From: Catajapyx aquilonaris
Taxonomy: Eukaryota
DNA: 55,386 nt
Assembly (NCBI GenBank): GCA_000934665.2
Contig: KZ538615.1
Location: forward strand, 62,001-117,386
Direction: 5' to 3'
Shown here: in pieces, positions 37,894 to 48,922 of the stretch
How the letters are laid out: the number at the start of each line of letters is the position of its first letter
Numbering within the stretch: position 1 is the stretch's first letter
Made by a program: the position numbers and the translations under genes
Notes under the pieces: generated by a model
The model's input: the letters and a program-made list of their open reading frames with translations, nothing else
What the model was told of the DNA's origin: nothing
The model's database searches: none

Positions 37894-40473
37894 TTATATT
37901 GACGTGCTATGAGTTTGTGGCGTAGGAGGAAGGCTCATGTTATTAGTGCCAGACCGAACGTAAAAAACTGATGGAGTCCATTTTCGATTGGCAAACTTGT
38001 TATGCTTCTTCAATAATTTAAATACTTTACGCTTGCACACGAAGATGATGAAAAGAAACACTCCTTGGAGCAAGTTGAGTATGTCAAAGACATACCACAA
38101 GTAGACTGGAACGTTTGGAGGAATCACTTCTAATATCCATGTCACTCCCATCACCACTAACAATTTCACGTAGAGTAAAAATCTGCATTGAGAACAACAA
38201 TTCAGTATTATTAATACAAAATATTTGAGTCGCTTTAATTAGCTTGCATTGATAAAAACAATATATTAAACTGACCGTATCATACTCTTCCGGTGCTCCT
38301 GCCGATCATTGAGTTCTTTGGTCTCCTTCATCAGTTTAAAAAGCCTTGCAGTTGTTATCGTAAAAAAGATAACATTTGCAAGAAGAACAGCAGCCATTGG
38401 TCCCAAAAAGTACATAAAGAGACGTTCTCTAGCTAAAAACAACACAAGTAATTAAATATTTTCCAGATAAACTTATCTTTGAGAAAGAAGATTCCCTTAA
38501 AACAGTTACAGCGTAACATAACTACGTAGATAATACTAATAAACTAGACATACTTACACACAAACCAGCAGCTGTTATGAGCAAAGTAAGGTTTTGGGTA
38601 GAACGGCGAAATTGACGGTGAAAACTCCATCACCATCGTGACAGTAGAAATGATGAGAGGTGATCCCCAGGCATATATGGAATAAACAATAAAACGAATC
38701 TTGCTCTTTTTCATACTGCCTCTTGTTGACTTCAGGACACTGCAGAAGTACAAGTTGTACAAGAATTAGTTACACAGTGGCGAGAAACTATACTTGTAAA
38801 TGCTCTCAGTTGATTCCTTATTTACGGGCAATATTCTTACCCAAAACTCCTCCAGAGGTCATAACTAATCACACTCAACCAGAAGAAAGCGGCCATAAAA
38901 AAGTAATGTGTCAGGAGACCTGGGGGAAAAGAAATTGTTGACCAACAAAATAATAAGTGTCAATATACTATACTGATAAAGCGCATCTCACCTAAGCTCT
39001 GGCAGAATTCCTTGGATGAATTTTGCAGCGTTTCTCGCCCTAAATACACTATAGTCAGGAAGAAAAATGCCCAGTACAGGCTAAAGACATGACTCAGTAC
39101 AGTCTTCCCATGGAGATTTCTCAATTCACGAACAGACAGGTAGACAATGAACGTGATGAGAAGGCAAATTTGAGAAGCGATTGCAGCAGCTGAGTAAACC
39201 CCCGAGAGACTTTTGTCCAGTTCAAGAGGCGAGGATGACCATCCTTCTGATGGGCGCAAAACGTCAGCATCGCATATTCTTGCTACTATTTTGTCCACAT
39301 ACGACACCCGTTCTAGGCAATACATGTTCCTTGGTAAGTAAGTGTCAAATCTCGGCACGTACAGCTGGCCTTCCGTGTTCAAATAGAAAGCATCATTTGG
39401 GTCTGCCTCTGCATCCAACCAGTATGACTTGCTGCAGGGCAATTGAACACGCAATTGCCGCATGGTGTCATCTGGGAAATGTAATTGTTCGGCACTGTAT
39501 GAGTAGATTTTATGTACTTGAGGATTCCAAGAGGAAGGATTCACTTCGCATCGTTCTTCATTGTCGAACCTGACATAAATGACAGAAGAATTTTTAAATG
39601 GTTATTGTCATTATAATTTATTCGTGAGGATGGTTCACCGCCAACTCACCAACACATTTTACCAGCGCAAATAGAAGCAGCTGACCTCCACGCCTGTTAG
39701 AGAGTAAGCGGTAAACCACCAATGGAATGTCACACTAGTAAAAAACTTACACTAATGATTCATCTTCCCTGCAACACTTGTTGTAGCAAATTTTTTGGTA
39801 GCAAAACGACGGCGCACACATTCTTGCCACAAACATTTGGTCGTTCCCTTGGACCCGGTCAAGGCAGAACTGGTTCAAGGGAACTTCAGCAGCTCCTTCG
39901 TCCCTTATTAGAATGCTCGTAACGTACCCCATTGCCATGTATATGAAGAAGGACTCGTTGCTGGCAAGGAGAAGGCGCTCTTCGTAATCAAATCCTGGGC
40001 CGCATCCAGATAAGGCTTCACCAGTGTGGGTCCAGTTAAATTCGCGAGGACCAAGCCTCACAAATGTTTGATTCTCGGCCAGGACAGGCAGAGACCAATT
40101 AAAATTTGTGGTATTCCTAAACGGTAAACATAATTAATAGCATTTAAAATAATAATGCATTTATTATGAGCACAGGCTGACTACAGAAACAGGAAGTGTT
40201 CACACTGCAGCATGACTTTCTCTTTCACTGACGTGAGTTCAATATTAATTTACTTTCCTTATGCAATTTTTGACTTGTATCAAAGTGTAAAACCTTCCCC
40301 TTCCGTCGTTTACCGGAAGCGTTATCATAGCCAACTTACGGATATTGCCGCACGCAAGTCCTGCCTTCCATCCAGTACACTTCTCCTTCATTACAGCATT
40401 TGTTGAAAACAGGTACTACAGCCCCTGCGCCTACGTGTAGAAGCACCAGCACCCACGACACAAACCTTTCCAT
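37894..40473 (-). CDS. Methuselah-like (Mth/Mthl) class B-related GPCR (about 594 aa)
   Basis: Exons 40340-40473, 39751-40116, 38992-39569, 38841-38919, 38558-38739, 38276-38432, 37894-38182; phases consistent. Signal peptide and Cys-rich ectodomain with NKCC and (F/Y)CL(D/E) motifs. 7TM signatures ELRNLHGK, HYFFMAAFFWL..ISYDLWRSF, RFIVYSIYAWGSP, CWF, YFLGPM, KLLVVMGVTWILEV, DILNLLQGVFLFIIFVCKRKV. Confidence 0.93.
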
Positions 40474-43168
40474 CGTGATCGACGTGAAGAAATGAATCGA
40501 AAAGTCCCGCTTCTCATCCGGATGTAAAAGGTAAGCCTCAAAGTGCGTCAAACCTTAGGGGCCAAAGTTTCCCTTACATACCACAATTACTCAAGTACGT
40601 ACAAACTTTCACGCGTCAGACGGGGTCTCCACCACAAAGTTCTTCAAAAACTCGGCTAACAAGACGCAATCAAAAACCAAGTCCGTGTATGACTGCATCC
40701 GGCGACCTTCACATGCATTTTTTTGCGATGTAGTCTACTGTAGGTGTGACCTTGAGTAGCACAATTTCGTAATTAAAGGGAAGTACAATAAATTTGAGTC
40801 AGTACGTGATCCAGTGAGTATCCCCATGACATTAATGGCGATAGAGCACACCGTCAGTGCTATGTAGTATTGAGATAAGTTTCACGTACCATGCACAAAA
40901 AAAAGGACCGAAATGCCAGAGCGCGTACCGCAGCAGCCCTTTGAAGAATTCCTGTTTGAGAAAGAGGCTTGGATAGCCGGTGGGGAAAAGGCGTGTAGAT
41001 CGCGAGGCCGACAAGCACGGAACGAAAAAGCACGTAAAAACACCGATGGCATAATTACGACCCTGTCAAGGAAGATGATTCAGGGTTATAGTTGTAGGTA
41101 CACTATTGAAAGGGTCATTGCGCCAAAATTGAATTACAGGTACTGTCCATAAAGCACACAATTTTGAATCAATCAGGCATGCCACTGGTTTGGTATCGTG
41201 AAACAGTAGAGATGTATGGATGGGAGCAAAATTATTGCGTAAGTGGGAGGCAATTTGTCAGTCATAAATAATACCAGTCATAATTTATTTATCGAGGGTT
41301 ATATAATATATTAGAGTGCACTCTCACGTAAGGTTAGTAGCTGCCAGAATGTATGTTGCTTTATAAAAATTGGTCCACTTTGTCAACTTCAGTGTTGGCA
41401 AATAGTACTGTGTTAATGAGCGAGAATTTATTGTCAGCCAATTTATTGGCTCTTTTTTTACCAAGCCATGCCTATTCCCATTAATTTACTTGTCAATATA
41501 AGGACAATTAATCTTCCGCTTTTTTATGTCCTCCAATACTATTACTTTTATTGATAAAACTTTGACAGAACTAATCAGGCGTTGTTTTCTGCTGCATTAC
41601 TTCTGCATCAATGCTACAACAGTGTAATGCAGCTTTAGCATATTCCACCAACAACAACAATAATAATAATGCCACTTATCCTCTGCATACAAGTAAATAG
41701 CATAGTCATTTCATTACCGCACTGATCCTCAGCCGGGAAACTACTTTTTTATTTATAGAAGTAGTTGATCGTGACATTCGTTGACTTTTACAGATCTTAT
41801 ATAATTGATCATAGACTTGCAAATTCACGGGTATTTACCAGAAAAAAAAAACTGGTTAGGTCCAGCCACGGTCGGGTCCAGCACCACCCCAACTGAGTCT
41901 GCAGTGCTCCTTCGCATCAAGACCTTGAATTTATTCCAAGAGGCCATCATCTACATCACCTTGAATCCGGCCACATTGGGATCATCTGGTCGTCGCCACT
42001 GGTCAAGCCACGCCTAATGGGGAAAACTTTACATCCATCGGGGTAATAAACTTAAACTGTGTGTGGGAGTTGATGTCGTGACAGTTCAGTAACCTAAAAG
42101 AAAAAGAAACTCCCCGAGACAACCACCACGTGCTTGGGAGGCACAGCACACTGAGTGGTACCGCACTGAGACTGACTGTTTGCTGCTCAATCATCTCACA
42201 AATGCCTTATCATGAGATAGAACAGAACACTTGATATACGGTCCTGTAATAAACAAACCCACAATGAGAACTGGTACGTATTACACTGGACCACATTGTC
42301 TCAAGATAGTATCTGCAGTATCTGTACCATGGGTCCATGGGGGTCTGATTTTGATTGTCAGATGAACAATTTTCCATGACGTTCTTGTTGCTTTTTCACC
42401 AAAATAACAGTGTGATGGACAGATGTAAATAAAATAGTGACAATGTGAACAACTTATCACACGGCTTTCATGGCGCACCTTTCTTACACTTATGCGGATG
42501 TCACTCTTTACTTTTCAAGTGACAAGCCCTTATATGCTCGCACAATAATTGACCTTCAGATTCAGTCAGAAGGGTCACGAAGTCGTGCACAGGGCCACAG
42601 TTTTGGATGACTGGATTAGGCCAACTTTTTTCATCTGGAGACACGTGTTTTTCATTAGATGCGCATGACTACTTGGAAACAGCCATGCAAAGAGCTACGA
42701 CGTACCTACATGATTTACTAAAACAAGTCAATTTGGCTGCAGCAGCAATATAACTTTATTAAAGTGAAACCTACATAATGAATCTGAATATTTGGGAATA
42801 ACACCTCGAATCACTTGGCACCTGGATATGATCTACCTTTTGAGTTGTTCAAGTACAAATGTGTGAGTTATGTAATATTTGGTCCATATTAACTTCTTAT
42901 GTTCTCATACATCAACAGTGCACTGGGGGTATTGAAGAAATAATTACACTTGCCTTGCACAATAACGTACTGAATGAGCAATAAATAAATGAATTATAAA
43001 TAAATGAAGTAAATGTTCCTAAACACAGATTCAGAGGTCAGTTTTGATACATTTGTCCCTTAAATAACCCTACAAAAATTTTACCCTCTTGATACAAGCA
43101 ATTCTTGCATCCAAAGGGGTGTGACACAACTGTGTGGTGTTACATGATACTCATAAACTGATCTTATA

Positions 43169-46100
43169 CTAGCCAGTGTTCACCTGTTTTCTTTCATCAT
43201 AGAACTTTCTGAGCTGCACAATAGCTCTCCCAAAGTGGCCCTCCTTCCTCAACTGTGGCTGAACCCACTTTGGCAGTGCTTGTATGGAATCATCTCTGCA
43301 AAAACGATGATCCAGCAACACTATGGCAGCATAGTCATTTTTGTGCCTCAGAACCCTCCCAACACTCTGACCCACAGCACGAAAGCAGAGAGCCTGTAGG
43401 TGACGTCTTCCCCATCCCTGCTGGAGGCTGTCCAAAAAGCGCATCTTCTCTTGGACATCAGCTGCATGTGAATTTGGATAAGGCATACCCGCCAGTATAA
43501 CACAACGGCCCAAGTCATCCCCAAAGTTAATGCCTTCACTGAGCTTTCCTCCAACAACACTCAATAACAATGCACCACCACCTAAGTTAACTTGTTTGGC
43601 ATACTTTCGCAACACTGACTCAACATCACTGGAACCTCTTGGTTCACGAAACACCTCTTTCCGAGCATGAATCCGAGCCAAAGCAGAAGTACCAGCACCT
43701 TCCAGGTGCCTCCAGAATATATCAAGGCAGTCATATGATGGTAGGAACATGACCATTCCACCCGGCACTATTGTAACCATGTTAGCCACAGCTTGAGCCA
43801 CACGTGCAGCCCAATCTGAACCACGGCATGCCCAGCTCAAGTCAATCTCACGGCCATCTGTACCCGAGGACAATGCAATAGCAAGAACATTACTTGAGGC
43901 AACGACATGCCCACATGAGAGCTCATGAAATCGTTCTGATGCAACACCAGCACTGCGAGCAAGCAATTGTCGCAACTCCCAACTTGGCTGCATTGTTCCA
44001 CCAGCCATTACAACTGCCTTACATTGCGACATCACTGAATGGAGGCGGGCAGCTGCATTCAGAACCAGATAGCGAAGTCGGTTGGCCTGGGTCAAAACAC
44101 GTCCATCCTCTTCTGGATCACGTACAATTGCATCAATAAAGTCAGTCACACGTGCCAATGCATCAGCGTCAATTTCAGTGACCTCTTTCTTGGCTGAAGC
44201 TTCCTCAGCAACATCCTTCTTCTCACCTTTTAGTTTCTGCAAGAAGGCAGAGACACCCCGATGCACCTTGACTTCACCTTTGTTGGAACAGCTCAGAGTG
44301 TAACCTCTCACTTTTTGGGCAAGGCGAGTTGTGCGGCAGAATGCCACCAGGTCCAGGAGGTTCATATGGTCAATGCCTACTGAAGACAAGAAATCTAATG
44401 GGCGTTGACATTGATCTTTCTTACGCTGAGTAGCCCCGCTCATGGTAGATTGACTAGAAGCAGAATCAGTTTTGGCACTGCCATTAGCTGTCACACTTGA
44501 TCTGATGTTACTGATATTAGCTACATACTGGGCAATTGCTTTAACAACAAACAATAATTGCTTCACTTTCAACATTTTCTTGGGATTGAGCCTGTCCCGA
44601 AATCGATCCAGATATAATGTCAGCTGTTCATGTGCCAGAGCAACCATCCTTCCAGATACTTCTGCTGAATGCAACTGTGCTACAGTCTCCAATAAGTTGT
44701 GGGCCTCATCTATCAGAAGGACATATCTGTTCAAGAGAGAGAGAGAGGTAAGAAACACATCATATCACCATTTGATAAATGCCATATTTTCATGAGATAT
44801 TCTACAAACACGTTACAAGTGATTTTGATAGAGTGTAAAAAATTACATTCCAAAAGTGGTGAAAAGAGGCTTGAGAGTAATGTTTCATATTCACGGAAAT
44901 ATGCATGCATATACTGTACAGTAGAACCCAGATTATCTGACCTAGGATTATCCAACTCCTCGGTATATCCAACTGTCCCGCTCCAGCAATAAATCTGTTT
45001 TCTCATCAAATACTGTAATACATGCCTACTAAGCATTGGTTTTGTGTAGCCTTAGTTAAATGCTACACAGCAGAGTGTGTATGTAAATGATGAATACTTC
45101 ACTATTTCTCATAAAACCATAATATTGTATTTTATTTCATTATTTCATGTTTTTTTGTTGCGTTTCATCAAAGTTCCCTTTGCGCCTCAGATTATCCGAC
45201 CTTTTCTGTTACCCAACCATGCCCTGGTCCCATGGGTGACGGATAATAATCGGGCTTCTACTGTATTCTCTCATATTTCCTGTAAAAGTGTAAATGCTGT
45301 AATCATGGGTTGTCCTTGTCCATCACAATACAGCAACAATTTCTGGTTCTTTTCCAACTGGGTGTTGTTTTCTGGCTGTGATGCAAAGGACCTAAATACG
45401 AGTATATAAGATTTTTCAGTTAAAAAATCATTCTTCACTGTTAGGAAACTTCAAATCACAATGCCACACTTTAAATTGTGTTCGGGTATACTTAATCAAG
45501 ACATTTATGTGACTTAACATCATCTTCTAACCTGTCCAAACGAGCAAGGCCTAAGGTGAGGCGAGTCGATGCCTGAAGAAGGCTTGAATATGGCGCTAGG
45601 ACTAACTGAGCATTCGGAACTGCTCGTCGGGCAGCATAATAGGGGCAGGCTGTCACTTTCCGCCCCTCTGTGGCAAGTTCTTCAACATCCATCACACGGG
45701 ACATGGTTTGTGCAGACAATACTCGTATCCCATTGGGATTGCGTAAGAACTGACATGGGCCTGACCCCTTCCTGGCACGTTTCCCAGTGGAAGTAGCCAC
45801 GCCGCGCCTTTTTTGCAGGTCTAGGCAGCGCTGATTGACCATGCTGACATTCTTAAGCCCACGTACAGATTCATTAATGCACAGTGTCTGACGAGAACCG
45901 AGGGACACCAGGCGGACTTGATCTGCAAATGGGCTTCTGCGAACTTCCTCAACAAATTGGCGGAGCTGAGAGTGTGTCCGACTGCAATACAGGATCTGTA
46001 ATGCACAATAATCAAGTGTGATTATGCAATTATTGCTAATTTTCTACTACAGCTGCAGTCCTTCATGTTGCAGTTATGCTATATGTAAGTACAGTAGTTA

Positions 46101-47867
46101 TAAAACTTGTAATGGGAGACTAATAGTAGGGTGACCAGGAAGAACCATGTAAATCACAAGTCATCCAGCATTTATGGGGAAGCGGAGTGGCACAGCGGTA
46201 ATGCTTGCGCCCACAGAGAGAAATGTCCCAGGTTTGATCCCAAGCCGGGTTTTCCTTTTCTCATCTCGTGTGGAGTTTCGTTATTGTCTCTGGCTTCGCC
46301 TTGAGTAGGATTCCTCGAGACTAACCACCCAGGGGACTGCACAAAACGACCTTGCACTTGCACATCTTCCCCTCCCAGAAAAATCCTTCCTCGCTCGTGG
46401 TACCTGGGCATTACGGAAAGGACCATGCTTGTACACCATTAAAAGAAAATAAAGGTACCGTGCCATATGCCCATCAAATGGGCGGTGCACTAACCCGATT
46501 ATTATTATTCATCATCATCATCATCATTATTATTATTATTATCATTATTATTATTAAGTCATCCAGCATTGTGACAATGTCACCAAGGCGAATCAGCCTG
46601 AGTTACGGGGACTGAATAAACGCAGCCTAGAAGTATGGCGCTAAAAAGACCACAAGACGACACACAAGTCCACACTAAAGCCACACGAGGGCCTCCTCTG
46701 CTCCAGAGAAGGACCCAGAGAAGACTGGGGCGACAACCTCAAGCAGAGACAGTTGACCCAGGGGGTCAGTGTATGGTTAGTGTACTGTACGTGTGCTGAT
46801 TGTAACTGCAGAATACAGAATTAAAAGGACATATAGGGCAACCTCCCATGTCTGATTAGCCGGAAAGTGCCCCAACCCGTTGTGGTCCGGCATCTTACCT
46901 GCGTCTCCCATTTCATGCCTTACCATCCTGCCCCAAACCCACTCCTGTTCACTCCCAGTGTCACGTTACAAATAGATTATTATAAATATCACACAAAAAT
47001 TTTAATATTAATTACCTGTTTCAAGTCCTTTTTAAGAACAGTCACAAAACAAATATCTCTGCAATTACAACTATACGTATAAAGCTGCACAAACTGAATA
47101 TATTAGGAGATATTACTAATGCATTGCAACTAATCTAGATGATGTAAGTTTTGGGATATTATGGAACATAAAAGTAACCTACCTTAATACTTTCATCTGG
47201 ATCCTCTTCAACCACTTCCTCCTCCTCTTCCTTGTCACTTCCATTGTCATCAACATCTTCTTGCAGCAACCACTCTTCATCTTCTTTCTCCTCTACTACC
47301 ACCTTAGCCTTACTAGGAATGTCCTTCTCACTGACCTTAGCTGACTTCTGGCCCAATTCAATCAAACCCTTGAGAACTTCCTCCTTCTTCCTCATCCTTT
47401 CAATCCTCTCTTGCAGCCTCACCACTTCCTCCTGAGCCTTGATCCGCCTGGACTGCACATCTATCCAGTCAACGTCCTTCCTGCCTTCCTCCTTTTCCAG
47501 CTCTTTCTTCTGTTGCACAGCCTTATCCAAATCATTGCTGAGCTGCAACTTGGCTCTGCCCTCATAATCCCGCAGCCAACTTAGACTGCTGCAAATGAGG
47601 CTCAGACTCTTCCCAGTACCAGTAGGACTTTCCACAATCCCAACCAAGCCCTTGTCCAAGATGTGGTACACATTTCGCATCAGCTCAGTCTGGACTGCAT
47701 ACGGTTGAAATGGAAACGGGAATTCGGATGGGACAGCCTCCTAAAAATTAGTTTGAAAAAAACAGTCACTCATGAAAGGTCTTTAAAAGGTCTAGGAACA
47801 TGATGAATAATGAAATACTCACCGAAAGTGGAGCAGGCACGACGACCTCTTCTGATTTGGCAGCCAT
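43169..47867 (-). CDS. DDX11: ATP-dependent Fe-S DNA helicase DDX11/ChlR1 (Chl1), about 874 aa
   Basis: Exons 47823-47867, 47183-47740, 45532-45995, 43169-44726. Q motif [11 protein letters not shown], Walker [18 protein letters not shown], four Fe-S cysteines (LCIN, RCLDL, PCQF, ACPYY), [41 protein letters not shown]. Confidence 0.97.
44919..45263. mobile_element. Tc1/mariner-pogo (Tigger-like) MITE in DDX11 intron 3
   Basis: Inverted ends CAGTAGAACCCAGATTATC and GATAATAATCGGGCTTCTACTG, flanked by TA at 44917-44918 and 45264-45265. Confidence 0.8.
46173..46555 (+). mobile_element. tRNA-derived SINE, family B, in DDX11 intron 2
   Basis: A-box TGGCACAGCGG, B-box-like GGTTTGATCCC, long (ATT/ATC)n tail. 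Perfect 15-bp TSD AAGTCATCCAGCATT at 46158-46172 and 46556-46570. Confidence 0.9.
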
Positions 47868-48079
47868 CTTCGACAAGACTGTGGCGCCCAAATTCCAAGC
47901 TGCCAACAGGAGTTACAAGCTAATTATTATAAATTACATTAAACTAATGCGCATTTGACGTATTATTTAGCATTGACACATTAATATCCAGTTATTTTAA
48001 TGGCAATGGCTCTGGGTGCACCGACGGGTTGGTACCAGTTGCCCTTTCATCTGGCACCATTGGGAATCCCGTGCCAAAG
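47868..48079. promoter_or_regulatory. Probable bidirectional promoter shared by DDX11 and CCDC115
   Basis: Only 212 nt separate the divergent ATGs (47867 on -, 48080 on +), with an AT-rich centre at about 47920-48000. Confidence 0.7.
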
Positions 48080-48885
48080 ATGGCGGCGCCCTGTGAAAAT
48101 GTCTCTGAGGACGTCTTGTCGCCGAAAGAAGTTGCTTTGTTGGAGGACCAGTTGGACGAAGAGTGCGTGAGATGCGTGGAACTTCTGGACGAGCTGGTCC
48201 GTTGCAGGCTGAGTCTGCACGATGCCCAGTCGGAGGGCTTCCTTGGGCTGGCCAAGGCAAGGTACCAGAGGGGAGCCAGGGCGGTCAGCGCATTGCAGTT
48301 TCCGCAGGGAGGACCAGACGTGGACTGGGATGACAAGCAGGCACCAGTACGGCCACAAGTCACCGTCACACGGGGTCAAGATGGTGTGCCAATGTTAGCC
48401 AGGGCCAATGGTGGACTGACGGCATCTGTAAAGGGCGATGAACAGGCTGGGTTGAGGAAGAGAAATGAAGGCAGCTCGACACAGCCAGCTCCACAGACTG
48501 TAGATGATGATGCCGAAAAACCACAGGTAGCACACTAGGTTGCTCTGGCTTTGTAATAACAGCATGACCTTGAATTATAACGAAACAGCACAGATAGATA
48601 TCATGAACCCACGTATGACAAAATGCCTTTATTTTGGACCTCTGTGATTTGTTTTGTTGGGGTTTTACATGATGTGATAACAGTTAACTCAATGTGTTTC
48701 TTTTACAGGATCCTCTTCACTGGTTTGGAGTCCTAGCCCCGCAATCACTGGTGCAGTCACAAAAATGTTTCCGCACAGCCTTGCAACTTGTAGTTCAGTG
48801 TGCTCATTTGGAGTCACAGCTTGAAGCAGCAATAACAAAAATGCACTGCACGTGGCAGAGTTTGGAGTCTCAAAAGGAGCAATAA
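48080..48885 (+). CDS. CCDC115: V-ATPase assembly factor CCDC115/Vma22 (about 207 aa)
   Basis: Exons 48080-48526 and 48709-48885. Family motifs EGFLGLAKARYQRG..VSALQ, GLRKR and DPLHWFGVLAPQSLVQSQKCFRTAL. Confidence 0.93.
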
Positions 48886-48922
48886 TCTTTCTGATGCTCA
48901 CTGCCCGCACATTCAAGTCTTG

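Noticed and set aside
41830..42420. Exon-like segments with splice-like sites between the Mth-like gene and DDX11
   Set aside because: No frame-consistent model or recognisable protein; could be UTR or lncRNA but cannot be supported.
46570..46970. Possible solo LTR (TGTGAC..GTTACA) next to the SINE in DDX11 intron 2
   Set aside because: No matching 4-6 bp TSD and no second copy in the window.
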